DNA of 64,000 nucleotides from Lytechinus pictus (lineage: Eukaryota), in assembly GCF_037042905.1 (NCBI RefSeq), contig NC_087246.1, positions 4,962,001 to 5,026,000 of the forward strand, read 5' to 3'. The notes below the pieces were generated by a model that was not told the origin of the DNA, made no database searches, and was given only the letters and a program-made list of their open reading frames with translations. Below are positions 12,201 through 27,209 of this stretch, piece after piece (positions within the stretch are counted from its first letter, which is position 1; the number at the start of each line of letters is the position of its first letter). A program made the translations under genes and the position numbers.

Positions 12201-15200
12201 CGCTGAGACAGATTATTATGTTTTTTTTGTATTTGTAAAATGTAGTTAATTTCTGACTGGGAGAAGGTATCCTGTGTATATAATGAGCCTACCGGGCTTG
12301 TCCCTCAAGTGTAGGAGAACGGAACACCAAGACATACTATCAATATATATATATTTTTTAGTAATTCTAAGAATGTAGTTAATTTCTGTTTGGGAGACGG
12401 TGTCCTGTGAATGATGAGCCTACTGGGCTTGGCCCTTAAAGTGTAGAAGAACGGAACGCCCAGACAGACTATCAATTTTTATTTTTTAGTATTTGTAAGA
12501 ATGTAGTTAATTTCTGTTTGGGAGACGGTGTCCTGTGAATGTTGAGCCTACTTGGCTTGGCCCTTAAAGTGTAGAAGAACGGAACGCCCAGACAGACTAT
12601 CAATTTTTATTTTTTAGTATTTGTTAAAATGTAGTTAATTTCTGTCTGTGAGATGGTATCCTGTGAATGACAGGCCTACTTGGATTGCCTCTTAAAGTGT
12701 AGGAGGACAAAACGCTGAGACAGATTATTATGTTTTTTTTGTATTTGTAAAATGTAGTTAATTTCTGACTGGGAGAAGGTATCCTGTGTATATAATGAGC
12801 CTACCGGGCTTGTCCCTCAAGTGTATATAGGAGAACGGAACACCAAGACATACTATCAATATATATATATTTTTTAGTAATTCTAAGAATGTAGTTAATT
12901 TCTGTTTGGGAGACGGTGTCCTGTGAATGATGAGCCTACTGGGCTTGCCCCTTAAAGTGTAGGAGAACGAAACGCCCAGACAGACTATCAATTTTTATTT
13001 TTTAGTATTTGTTAAAATGTAGTTAATTTCTGTCTGTGAGATGGTATCCTGTGAATGACAGGCCTACTTGGATTGCCTCTTAAAGTGTAGGAGGACAAAA
13101 CGCTGAGACAGATTATTATGTTTTTTTTTTGTATTTGTAAAATGTAGTTAATTTCTGTTTGGGAGACGGTATCCTGTGTATATAATGAGCCTACCGGGCT
13201 TGTCCCTCAAGTGTAGGAGAACGGAACACCAAGACAGATTATCAATATATATATTTTTTTTAGTATTTGTAAGAATGTAGTTAATTTCTGTTTGGGAGAC
13301 GGTGTCCTGTGAATGATGAGCCTACTGGGCTTGCCCCTTAAAGTGTAGGAGAACGAAACGCCCAGACAGACTATCAATTTTTATTTTTTAGTTTTTGTTA
13401 AAATGTAGTTAATTTCTGTCTGTGAGATGGTATCCTGTGAATGACAGGCCTACTTGGATTGCCTCTTAAAGTGTAGGAGGACAAAACGCTGAGACAGATT
13501 ATTATGTTGTTTTTTTTGTATTTGTAAAATGTAGTTAATTTCTGTTTGGGAGACGGTATCCTGTGTATATAATGAGCCTACCGGGCTTGTCCCTCAAGTG
13601 TAGGAGAACGGAACACCAAGACAGATTATCAATATATATATTTTTTTTAGTATTTGTAAGAATGTAGTTAATTTCTGTTTGGGAGACGGTGTCCTGTGAA
13701 TGATGAGCCTACTGGGCTTGCCCCTTAAAGTGTAGGAGAACGAAACGCCCAGACAGACTATCAATTTTTATTTTTTTAGTATTTGTTAAAATGTAGTTAA
13801 TTTCTGTCTGTGAGATGGTATCCTGTGAATGACAGGCCTACTTGGATTGCCTCTTAAAGTGTAGGAGGACAAAACGCTGAGACAGATTATTATGTTTTTT
13901 TTTTTGTATTTGTAAAATGTAGTTAATTTCTGTCTGGGAGAAGGTATCCTGTGTATATAATGAGCCTACCGGGCTTGCCCCTCAAGTGTAGGAGAACGGA
14001 ACACCAAAACATACTATCAATATATATATTTTTTTTAGTATTTGTAAGAATGTAGTTAATTTCTGTTTGGGAGACGGTGTCCTGTGAATGATGAGCCTAC
14101 TGGGCTTGCCCCTTAAAGTGTAGGAGAACGAAACGCCCAGACAGATTATCAATATTTTTTTATTTTTTTTTGTATTTTGTAAGAATGTAGTTAATTTCTG
14201 TTTGGGAGACGGTGTCCTGTGAATAATGAGCCTACTGGGCTTGCCCCTTAAAGTGTAGGAGAACGGAACGCCCAGACAGACTATCAATTTTTATTTTTTA
14301 GTATTTGTTAAAATGTAGTTAATTTCTGTCTGTGAGATGGTATCCTGTGAATGACAGGCCTACTTGGATTGCCCCTTAAAGTGTAGGAGAACGGAACGCC
14401 CAGACAGATTATCAATATTTTTTTATGTTTTTGTATTTTGTAAGAATGTAGTTAATTACTGTCTGGGAGAAGATATCCTGTGTATATAATGAGCATACCG
14501 AGCTTGTCCCTCAAGTGTAGGAGAACGGAACACCAAGACATACTATCAATATATATATATTTTTTTAGTATTTCTAAGAATGTAGTTAATTTATGTTTGG
14601 GAGACGGTGTCTTGTGAATGATGAGCCTACTGGGCTTGCCACTTAAAGTGTAGGAGAAAGGAACGCCCGGACAGATTATCAATATTTTTTTATAGTATTT
14701 GTAAGAATGTAGTTAATTTCCGTCTGGGAGACGGTGTTCTGTTAATGAGCCTACTGGGCTTGCCCCTTAAAGTGTAGAAGAACGGAACGCCGAGACAGAC
14801 TATCAATTTTTATTTTTTAGTATTTGTAAGAATGTAGTTAATTTCTGTTTGGGAGACGGTGTCCTGTGAATGATGAGCCTACTGGGCTTGGCCCTTAAAG
14901 TGTAGAAGAACGGAACGCCCAGACAGACTTTCAATTTTTATTTTTTTGTATTTGTAACTTTTGTAAGAATGTAGTTAATTTCTGTATGGGAGACGGTGTC
15001 CTGTGAATGATGAGCCTACTAGGCTTGGCCCTTAAAGTGTAAAAGAACGGAACGCCCAGACAGACTATCAATTTTTATTTTTTATTTTTTAGTATTTGTA
15101 AGAATGTAGTTAATTTTCGTCTGGGGGACGGTGTTCTGTGAATGATGAGCCTACTGGGCTTGGCTTTTAAAGTGTAGAAGAACGGAACGCCCAGACAGAC

Positions 15201-16109
15201 TATTATCATTTCTTTTTTTTGTAATTGTAATAATGTAGGTAATTTCTGTCTGTGAGACAGTGTCCTGTGAATGATGAGCCTACTTGGCTTGGCCCTTAAA
15301 GTGTAGAAGAACGGAACGCCCAGACAGACTATCAATTTTTATTTTTTAGTATTTGTTAAAATGTAGTTAATTTCTGTCTGTGAGATGGTATCCTGTGAAT
15401 GACAGGCCTACTTGGATTGCCTCTTAAAGTGTAGGAGGACAAAACGCTGAGACAGATTATTATGTTTTTTTTTTTGTATTTGTAAAATGTAGTTAATTTC
15501 TGTTTAGGAGACGGTGTCCTGTGAATGATGAGCCTACTGGGCTTGCCCCTTAAAGTGTAGGAGAACGGAACGCCCAGACAGATTATCAATATTTTTTTAA
15601 TGTTTTTTGTATTTTGTATTTTGTAAGAATGTAGTTAATTTCTGTCTGGGAGAAGATATCCTGTGTATATAATGAGCCTACCGGGCTTGTCCCTCAAGTG
15701 TAGGAGAACGGAACACCAAGACATACTATCAATATATATATATATTTTAGTATTTCTAAGAATGTAGTTAATTTCTGTTTGGGAGACGGTGTCTTGTGAA
15801 TGATGAGCCTACTGGGCTTGCCACTTAAAGTGTAGGAGAACGGAACGCCCAGACAGATTATCAATATTTTTATTTTAGTATTTGTTAGAATGTAGTTAAT
15901 TTCCGTCTGGGAGACGGTGTCCTGATAATGAGCCTACTGGGCTTGCCCCTTAAAGTGTAGGAGGACGGAACGCCCAGACAGATTATTATCATTTTTTAAA
16001 TGTTTTTTTTAAATGTAGGTAATCATTTGTTGCATTTTTAAAATGTAGTTTATTTCTGTCTGGGAGATGGTGTCCTGTGAATAATGAGCCTACTGGGCTT
16101 GACCCTTTA

Positions 16110-16707
16110 AGGACAAGTTCACCCCCAACAAAAAGTTGATTTGAATAAAAATAGAAAAATCCAACTAGCATAACGCCAAAAATTTCATCAAAATCGGATG
16201 TAAAATAAGAAAGTTATGTCATTTTAAAGTTTCGCTTAATTTCACAGTAATATGCACATCCTTTTCGGTATGCAAATGAGGAGACTGATTACATCATCCA
16301 CTCACTATTTCTTTTGTATTTTATTATATGAAATATGAAATATTCTAATTTTTTCCTCATTGTCAAGTGAAACAATGATTAATTCCTCCCTGAACATGTG
16401 GAACTAACATTGTTTAATACTATATGGTCTAGTCAAGTTGGTCCTTATTGTCAAATCTGTAAAAATTGAAATATTGTATAATTCAAACATTAAAAAACAA
16501 CAGAAATAGTGAGTGATTGACATCATCGACCGTCTCATTTGCATGTCACTGAGTTGTACATGTCACTTTTTGTGAAAAAAGAGCAAAACTTAAAAATATC
16601 ATAACTTTCTTATTTTACCACCGATTTTGATGAAATTTTGAGCGTTATGCTAGTTTGATTTTTCTCTATTTATTCAAATCAACAGTTTTCTGGGGTGGAC
16701 TTGACCT
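16110..16707. mobile_element. Kolobok/T2-type MITE, copy 5 (duplicate of copy 3, offset 9683)
   Basis: Same diagnostic variants as 6427-7024. Confidence 0.88.
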
Positions 16708-18295
16708 TTAAAGTGTGGGAGAACGGAACGCCCAGACAGACTATTATCATTTTTTTTAAATTTTTTGTATTTGTAAGAATGTATTTAAAATCTTAAAGTG
16801 TAGGAGAATGGAACGCCCAGACAGATTATTATCATTTTTTATGTTTATATTTAAATGTAGTTAATTATTTTTTGTGTTTGTAAAATGTAGTTAATTTCTG
16901 TCTGGTAGATGGTGCCTGTGAATGATGAGTCTACTGGGCTTGCCCCTGATAGTGTAGAAGAACGTAACGCCCAGACAGACTATCAATATATATTTTTTCA
17001 ATTTTTAGTAATTGTAAGAATGTAGTTAATTTCTGTCTGGGAGACGGTGTCCTGTGAATGATGAGCCTACTGGGCTTGGCCCTTAAAGTGTAGAAGAACG
17101 GAACGCCCAGACAGACTTTCAATTTTTATTTTTTTGTATTTGTAACTTTTGTAAGAATGTAGTTAATTTCTGTATGGGAGACGGTGTCCTGTGAATGATG
17201 AGCCTACTAGGCTTGGCCCTTAAAGTGTAAAAGAACGGAACGCCCAGACAGACTATCAATTTTTATTTTTTATTTTTTAGTATTTGTAAGAATGTAGTTA
17301 ATTTTCGTCTGGGAGACGGTGTTCTGTGAATGATGAGCCTACTGGGCTTGGCTTTTAAAGTGTAGAAGAACGGAACGCCCAGACAGACTATTATCATTTC
17401 TTTTTTTTGTAATTGTAATAATGTAGGTAATTTCTGTCTGTGAGACAGTGTCCTGTGAATGTTGAGCCAACTTGGCTTGGCCCTTAAAGTGTAAAAGAAC
17501 GGAACGCCCAGACAGACTATCAATTTTTATTTTTTAGTTTTTGTTAAAATGTAGTTAATTTCTGTCTGTGAGATGGTATCCTGTGAATGACAGGCCTACT
17601 TGGATTGCCTCTTAAAGTGTAGGAGGACAAAACGCTGAGACAGATTATTATGTTTTTTTTTTGTATTTGTAAAATGTAGTTAATTTCTGTTTGGGAGACG
17701 GTGTCCTGTGAATGATGAGCCTACTGGGCTTGCCCCTTAAAGTGTAGGAGAACGGAACGCCCAGACAGATTATCAATGTTTTTTTTATGTTTTTTGTATT
17801 TTGTATTTTGTAAGAATGTAGTTAATTTCTGTCTGGGAGAAGATATCCTGTGTATATAATGAGCCTACCGGGCTTGTCCCTCAAGTGTAGGAGAACGGAA
17901 CACCAAGACATACTATCAATATATATATATATTTTAGTATTTCTAAGAATGTAGTTAATTTCTGTTTGGGAGACGGTGTCTTGTGAATGATGAGCCTACT
18001 GGGCTTGCCACTTAAAGTGTAGGAGAACGGAACGCCCAGACAGATTATCAATATTTTTTTTTTAGTATTTGTTAGAATGTAGTTAATTTCCGTCTGGGAG
18101 ACGGTGTCCTGATAATGAGCCTACTGGGCTTGCCCCTTAAAGTGTAGGAGGACGGAACGCCCAGACAGATTATTATTATTTTTAAATGTTTTTTTTAAAT
18201 GTAGGTAATCATTTGTTGCATTTTTAAAATGTAGTTTATTTCTGTCTGGGAGATGGTGTCCTGTGAATAATGAGCCTACTGGGCTTGACCCTTTA

Positions 18296-18892
18296 AGGAC
18301 AAGTCCACCCCAACAAAAAGTTGATTTGAATAAAAATAGAAAAATCCAACTAGCATAACGCCAAAAATTTCATCAAAATCGGATGTAAAATAAGAAAGTT
18401 ATGTCATTTTAAAGTTTCGCTTAATTTCACAGTAATATGCACATCCTTTTCGGTATGCAAATGAGGAGACTGATTACATCATCCACTCACTATTTCTTTT
18501 GTATTTTATTATATGAAATATGAAATATTCTAATTTTTTCCTCATTGTCAAGTGAAACAATGATTAATTCCTCCCTGAACATGTGGAACTAACATTGTTT
18601 AATAGTATATGGTCTAGTCAAGTTGGTCCTTATTGTCAAATCTGTAAAAATTGAAATATTGTATAATTCAAACATTAAAAAACAACAGAAATAGTGAGTG
18701 ATGGACATCATCGACCGTCTCATTTGCATGTCACTGAGTTGTACATGTCACTTTTTGTGAAAAAAGAGCAAAACTTAAAAATGTCATAACTTTCTTATTT
18801 TACCACCGATTTTGATGAAATTTTGAGCGTTATGCTAGTTTGATTTTTCTCTATTTATTCAAATCAACCGTTTTCTGGGGTGGACTTGACCT
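18296..18892. mobile_element. Kolobok/T2-type MITE, copy 6 (duplicate of copy 4, offset 9683)
   Basis: Same diagnostic variants as 8613-9209 (e.g. AATAGTATATGG). Confidence 0.88.
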
Positions 18893-21800
18893 TTAAAGTG
18901 TGGGAGAACGGAACGCCCAGACAGACTATTATCATTTTTTTTTAATTTTTTGTATTTGTAAGAATGTATTTAAAATCTTAAAGTGTAGGAGAATGGAACG
19001 CCCAGACAGATTATTATCATTTTTTATGTTTATATTTAAATGTAGTTAATTATTTTTTGTGTTTGTAAAATTTAGTTAATTTCTGTCTGGTAGATGGTGC
19101 CTGTGAATGATGAGTCTACTGGGCTTGCCCCTGATAGTGTAGAAGAACGTAACGCCCAGACAGACTATCAATATATTTTTTTTCAATTTTTAGTAATTGT
19201 AAGAATGTAGTTAATTTCTGTCTGGGAGACGGTGTCCTGTGAATGATGAGCCTACTGGGCTTGGCCCTTAAAGTGTAGAAGAACGGAACGCCCAGACAGA
19301 CTTTCAATTTTTATTTTTTTGTATTTGTAACTTTTGTAAGAATGTAGTTAATTTCTGTATGGGAGACGGTGTCCTGTGAATGAAGAGCCTACTAGGCTTG
19401 GCCCTTAAAGTGTAAAAGAACGGAACGCCCAGACAGACTATCAATTTTTATTTTTTATTTTTTAGTATTTGTAAGAATGTAGTTAATTTTCGTCTGGGAG
19501 ACGGTGTTCTGTGAATGATGAGCCTACTGGGCTTGGCTTTAAAAGTGTAGAAGAACGGAACGCCCAGACAGACTATTATCATTTCTTTTTTTTGTAATTG
19601 TAATAATGTAGGTAATTTCTGTCTGTGAGACAGTGTCCTGTGAATGTTGAGCCAACTTGGCTTGGCCCTTAAAGTGTAGAAGAACGGAACGCCCAGACAG
19701 ACTATCAATTTTTATTTTTTAGTTTTTGTTAAAATGTAGTTAATTTCTGTCTGTGAGATGGTATCCTGTGAATGACAGGCCTACTTGGATTGTCTCTTAA
19801 AGTGTAGGAGGACAAAACGCTGAGACAGATTATTATGTTTTTTTTTTGTATTTGTAAAATGTAGTTAATTTCTGTTTGGGAGACGGTATCCTGTGTATAT
19901 AATGAGCCTACCGGGCTTGTCCCTCAAGTGTAGGAGAACGGAACACCAAGACAGATTATCAATATATATTTTTTTTTTAGTATTTGTAAGAATGTAGTTA
20001 ATTTCTGTTTGGGAGACGGTGTCCTGTGAATGATGAGCCTACTGGGCTTGCCCCTTAAAGTGTAGGAGAACGAAACGCCCAGACAGACTATCAATTTTTA
20101 TTTTTTAGTATTTGTTAAAATGTAGTTAATTTCTGTCTGTGAGATGGTATCCTGTGAATGACAGGCCTACTTGGATTGCCTCTTAAAGTGTAGGAGGACA
20201 AAACGCTGAGACAGATTATTATGTTTTTTTTTTGTATTTGTAAAATGTAGTTAATTTCTGTTTGGGAGACGGTATCCTGTGTATATAATGAGCCTACCGG
20301 GCTTGTCCCTCAAGTGTAGGAGAACGGAACACCAAGACAGATTATCAATATATATATTTTTTTTAGTATTTGTAAGAATGTAGTTAATTTCTGTTTGGGA
20401 GACGGTGTCCTGTGAATGATGAGCCTACTGGGCTTGCCCCTTAAAGTGTAGGAGAACGAAACGCCCAGACAGACTATCAATTTTTATTTTTTAGTTTTTG
20501 TTAAAATGTAGTTAATTTCTGTCTGTGAGATGGTATCCTGTGAATGACAGGCCTACTTGGATTGCCTCTTAAAGTGTAGGAGGACAAAACGCTGAGACAG
20601 ATTATTATGTTTTTTTTTTTGTATTTGTAAAATGTAGTTAATTTCTGTTTGGGAGACGGTATCCTGTGTATATAATGAGCCTACCGGGCTTGTCCCTCAA
20701 GTGTAGGAGAACGGAACACCAAGACAGATTATCAATATATATATTTTTTTTAGTATTTGTAAGAATGTAGTTAATTTCTGTTTGGGAGACGGTGTCCTGT
20801 GAATGATGAGCCTACTGGGCTTGCCCCTTAAAGTGTAGGAGAACGAAACGCCCAGACAGACTATCAATTTTTATTTTTTTAGTATTTGTTAAAATGTAGT
20901 TAATTTCTGTCTGTGAGATGGTATCCTGTGAATGACAGGCCTACTTGGATTGCCTCTTAAAGTGTAGGAGGACAAAACGCTGAGACAGATTATTATGTTT
21001 TTTTTTTGTATTTGTAAAATGTAGTTAATTTCTGTCTGGGAGAAGGTATCCTGTGTATATAATGAGCCTACCGGGCTTGCCCCTCAAGTGTAGGAGAACG
21101 GAACACCAAAACATACTATCAATATATATATTTTTTTTAGTATTTGTAAGAATGTAGTTAATTTCTGTTTGGGAGACGGTGTCCTGTGAATGATGAGCCT
21201 ACTGGGCTTGCCCCTTAAAGTGTAGGAGAACGAAACGCCCAGACAGATTATCAATATTTTTTTATTTTTTTTTGTATTTTGTAAGAATGTAGTTAATTTC
21301 TGTTTGGGAGACGGTGTCCTGTGAATAATGAGCCTACTGGGCTTGCCCCTTAAAGTGTAGGAGAACGGAACGCCCAGACAGACTATCAATTTTTATTTTT
21401 TAGTATTTGTTAAAATGTAGTTAATTTCTGTCTGTGAGATGGTATCCTGTGAATGACAGGCCTACTTGGATTGCCTCTTAAAGTGTAGGAGGACAAAACG
21501 CTGAGACAGATTATTATGTTTTTTTTGTATTTGTAAAATGTAGTTAATTTCTGACTGGGAGAAGGTATCCTGTGTATATAATGAGCCTACCGGGCTTGTC
21601 CCTCAAGTGTAGGAGAACGGAACACCAAGACATACTATCAATATATATATATTTTTTAGTAATTCTAAGAATGTAGTTAATTTCTGTTTGGGAGACGGTG
21701 TCCTGTGAATGATGAGCCTACTGGGCTTGGCCCTTAAAGTGTAGAAGAACGGAACGCCCAGACAGACTATCAATTTTTATTTTTTAGTATTTGTAAGAAT

Positions 21801-24800
21801 GTAGTTAATTTCTGTTTGGGAGACGGTGTCCTGTGAATGTTGAGCCTACTTGGCTTGGCCCTTAAAGTGTAGAAGAACGGAACGCCCAGACAGACTATCA
21901 ATTTTTATTTTTTAGTATTTGTTAAAATGTAGTTAATTTCTGTCTGTGAGATGGTATCCTGTGAATGACAGGCCTACTTGGATTGCCTCTTAAAGTGTAG
22001 GAGGACAAAACGCTGAGACAGATTATTATGTTTTTTTTGTATTTGTAAAATGTAGTTAATTTCTGACTGGGAGAAGGTATCCTGTGTATATAATGAGCCT
22101 ACCGGGCTTGTCCCTCAAGTGTATATAGGAGAACGGAACACCAAGACATACTATCAATATATATATATTTTTTAGTAATTCTAAGAATGTAGTTAATTTC
22201 TGTTTGGGAGACGGTGTCCTGTGAATGATGAGCCTACTGGGCTTGCCCCTTAAAGTGTAGGAGAACGAAACGCCCAGACAGACTATCAATTTTTATTTTT
22301 TAGTATTTGTTAAAATGTAGTTAATTTCTGTCTGTGAGATGGTATCCTGTGAATGACAGGCCTACTTGGATTGCCTCTTAAAGTGTAGGAGGACAAAACG
22401 CTGAGACAGATTATTATGTTTTTTTTTTGTATTTGTAAAATGTAGTTAATTTCTGTTTGGGAGACGGTATCCTGTGTATATAATGAGCCTACCGGGCTTG
22501 TCCCTCAAGTGTAGGAGAACGGAACACCAAGACAGATTATCAATATATATATTTTTTTTAGTATTTGTAAGAATGTAGTTAATTTCTGTTTGGGAGACGG
22601 TGTCCTGTGAATGATGAGCCTACTGGGCTTGCCCCTTAAAGTGTAGGAGAACGAAACGCCCAGACAGACTATCAATTTTTATTTTTTAGTTTTTGTTAAA
22701 ATGTAGTTAATTTCTGTCTGTGAGATGGTATCCTGTGAATGACAGGCCTACTTGGATTGCCTCTTAAAGTGTAGGAGGACAAAACGCTGAGACAGATTAT
22801 TATGTTGTTTTTTTTGTATTTGTAAAATGTAGTTAATTTCTGTTTGGGAGACGGTATCCTGTGTATATAATGAGCCTACCGGGCTTGTCCCTCAAGTGTA
22901 GGAGAACGGAACACCATGACAGATTATCAATATATATATTTTTTTTTGTATTTGTAAGAATGTAGTTAATTTCTGTTTGGGAGACGGTGTCCTGTGAATG
23001 ATGAGCCTACTGGGCTTGCCCCTTAAAGTGTAGGAGAACGAAACGCCCAGACAGACTATCAATTTTTATTTTTTTAGTATTTGTTAAAATGTAGTTAATT
23101 TCTGTCTGTGAGATGGTATCCTGTGAATGACAGGCCTACTTGGATTGCCTCTTAAAGTGTAGGAGGACAAAACGCTGAGACAGATTATTATGTTTTTTTT
23201 TTTGTATTTGTAAAATGTAGTTAATTTCTGTCTGGGAGAAGGTATCCTGTGTATATAATGAGCCTACCGGGCTTGCCCCTCAAGTGTAGGAGAACGGAAC
23301 ACCAAAACATACTATCAATATATATATTTTTTTTAGTATTTGTAAGAATGTAGTTAATTTCTGTTTGGGAGACGGTGTCCTGTGAATGATGAGCCTACTG
23401 GGCTTGCCCCTTAAAGTGTAGGAGAACGAAACGCCCAGACAGATTATCAATATTTTTTTATTTTTTTTTGTATTTTGTAAGAATGTAGTTAATTTCTGTT
23501 TGGGAGACGGTGTCCTGTGAATAATGAGCCTACTGGGCTTGCCCCTTAAAGTGTAGGAGAACGGAACGCCCAGACAGACTATCAATTTTTATTTTTTAGT
23601 ATTTGTTAAAATGTAGTTAATTTCTGTCTGTGAGATGGTATCCTGTGAATGACAGGCCTACTTGGATTGCCTCTTAAAGTGTAGGAGGACAAAACGCTGA
23701 GACAGATTATTATGTTTTTTTTGTATTTGTAAAATGTAGTTAATTTCTGACTGGGAGAAGGTATCCTGTGTATATAATGAGCCTACCGGGCTTGTCCCTC
23801 AAGTGTAGGAGAACGGAACACCAAGACATACTATCAATATATATATATTTTTTAGTAATTCTAAGAATGTAGTTAATTTCTGTTTGGGAGACGGTGTCCT
23901 GTGAATGATGAGCCTACTGGGCTTGGCCCTTAAAGTGTAGAAGAACGGAACGCCCAGACAGACTATCAATTTTTATTTTTTAGTATTTGTAAGAATGTAG
24001 TTAATTTCTGTTTGGGAGACGGTGTCCTGTGAATGTTGAGCCTACTTGGCTTGGCCCTTAAAGTGTAGAAGAACGGAACGCCCAGACAGACTATCAATTT
24101 TTATTTTTTAGTATTTGTTAAAATGTAGTTAATTTCTGTCTGTGAGATGGTATCCTGTGAATGACAGGCCTACTTGGATTGCCTCTTAAAGTGTAGGAGG
24201 ACAAAACGCTGAGACAGATTATTATGTTTTTTTTGTATTTGTAAAATGTAGTTAATTTCTGACTGGGAGAAGGTATCCTGTGTATATAATGAGCCTACCG
24301 GGCTTGTCCCTCAAGTGTATATAGGAGAACGGAACACCAAGACATACTATCAATATATATATATTTTTTAGTAATTCTAAGAATGTAGTTAATTTCTGTT
24401 TGGGAGACGGTGTCCTGTGAATGATGAGCCTACTGGGCTTGGCCCTTAAAGTGTAGAAGAACGGAACGCCCAGACAGATTATCAATATTTTTTTATAGTA
24501 TTTGTAAGAATGTAGTTAATTTCCGTCTGGGAGACGGTGTCCTGTTAATGAGCCTACTTGGCTTGGCCCTTAACGTGTAGAAGAACGGAACGCCCAGACA
24601 GACTATCAATTTTTATTTTTTAGTATTTGTTAAAATGTAGTTAATTTCTGTCTGTGAGATGGTATCCTGTGAATGACAGGCCTACTTGGATTGCCCCTTA
24701 AAGTGTAGGAGGACAAAACGCTGAGACAGATTATTATGTTTTTTTTTGTATTTGTAAAATGTAGTTAATTTCTGTCTGGGAGAAGGTATCCTGTGTATAT

Positions 24801-27209
24801 AATGAGCCTACCGGGCTTGTCCCTCAAGTGTAGGAGAACGGAACACCAAAACATACTATCAATATATATATATATTTTTTAAGTATTTGTAAGAATGTAG
24901 TTAATTTCTGTTTGGGAGACGGTGTCCTGTGAATGATGAGCCTACTGGGCTTGCCCCTTAAAGTGTAGGAGAACGGAATGCCCAGACAGATTATCAATAT
25001 TTTTTTATGTTTTTGTATTTTGTAAGAATGTAGTTAATTACTGTCTGGGTGAAGATATCCTGTGTATATAATGAGCCTACCGAGCTTGTCCCTCAAGTGT
25101 AGGAGAACGGAACACCAAGACATACTATCAATATATATATTTTTTTTAGTATTTCTAAGAATGTAGTTAATTTATGTTTGGGAGACGGTGTCTTGTGAAT
25201 GATGAGCCTACTGGGCTTGCCACTTAAAGTGTAGGAGAACGGAACGCCCAGACAGATTATCAATATTTTTTTTTAGTATTTGTAAGAATGTAGTTAATTT
25301 CCGTCTGGGAGACGGTGTCCTGTTAATGAGCCTACTGGGCTTGCCCCTTAAAGTGTAGGAGGACGGAACGCCCAGACAGATTATTATCATTTTTTTAATG
25401 TTTTTTTTTAATGTAGGTAATCATTTGTTGCATTTTTAAAATGTAGTTTATTTCTGTCTGGGAGATGGTGTCCTGTTAATGAGCCTACTTGGCTTGGCCC
25501 TTAAAGTGTAGAAGAACGGAACGCCCAGACAGACTATCAATTTTTATTTTTTAGTATTTGTTAAAATGTAGTTAATTTCTGTCTGTGAGATGGTATCCTG
25601 TGAATGACAGGCCTACTTGGATTGCCTCTTAAAGTGTAGGAGGACAAAACGCTGAGACAGATTATTATGTTTTTTTTGTATTTGTAAAATGTAGTTAATT
25701 TCTGACTGGGAGAAGGTATCCTGTGTATATAATGAGCCTACCGGGCTTGTCCCTCAAGTGTATATAGGAGAACGGAACACCAAGACATACTATCAATATA
25801 TATATATTTTTTAGTAATTCTAAGAATGTAGTTAATTTCTGTTTGGGAGACGGTGTCCTGTGAATGATGAGCCTACTGGGCTTGGCCCTTAAAGTGTAGA
25901 AGAACGGAACGCCCAGACAGACTATCAATTTTTATTTTTTAGTATTTGTAAGAATGTAGTTAATTTCTGTTTGGGAGACGGTGTCCTGTGAATGATGAGC
26001 CTACTGGGCTTGCCCCTCAAGTGTAGGAGAACGGAACACCAAGACATACTATCAATATATATATTTTTTTTAGTATTTCTAAGAATGTAGTTAATTTATG
26101 TTTGGGAGACGGTGTCTTGTGAATGATGAGCCTACTGGGCTTGCCACTTAAAGTGTAGGAGAACGGAACGCCCAGACAGATTATCAATATTTTTTTATAG
26201 TATTTGTAAGAATGTAGTTAATTTCCGTCTGGGAGACGGTGTCCTGTTAATGAGCCTACTTGGCTTGGCCCTTAAAGTGTAGAAGAACGGAACGCCCAGA
26301 CAGACTATCAATTTTTATTTTTTAGTATTTGTTAAAATGTAGTTAATTTCTGTCTGTGAGATGGTATCCTGTGAATGACAGGCCTACTTGGATTGCCCCT
26401 TAAAGTGTAGGAGGACAAAACGCTGAGACAGATTATTATGTTTTTTTTTGTATTTGTAAAATGTAGTTAATTTTTGTCTGGGAGAAGGTATCCTGTGTAT
26501 ATAATGAGCCTACCGGGCTTGCCCCTCAAGTGTAGGAGAACGGAACACCAAAACATACTATCAATATATATATATATTTTTTAAGTATTTGTAAGAATGT
26601 AGTTAATTTCTGTTTGGGAGACGGTGTCCTGTGAATGATGAGCCTACTGGGCTTGCCCCTTAAAGTGTAGGAGAACGGAATGCCCAGACAGATTATCAAT
26701 ATTTTTTTATGTTTTTGTATTTTGTAAGAATGTAGTTAATTACTGTCTGGGTGAAGATATCCTGTGTATATAATGAGCCTACCGAGCTTGTCCCTCAAGT
26801 GTAGGAGAACGGAACACCAAGACATACTATCAATATATATATTTTTTTTAGTATTTCTAAGAATGTAGTTAATTTATGTTTGGGAGACGGTGTCTTGTGA
26901 ATGATGAGCCTACTGGGCTTGCCACTTAAAGTGTAGGAGAACGGAACGCCCAGACAGATTATCAATATTTTTTTTTAGTATTTGTAAGAATGTAGTTAAT
27001 TTCCGTCTGGGAGACGGTGTCCTGTTAATGAGCCTACTGGGCTTGCCCCTTAAAGTGTAGGAGGACGGAACGCCCAGACAGATTATTATCATTTTTTTAA
27101 TGTTTTTTTTTAATGTAGGTAATCATTTGTTGCATTTTTAAAATGTAGTTTATTTCTGTCTGGGAGATGGTGTCCTGTGAATAATGAGCCTACTGGGCTT
27201 GACCCTTAC

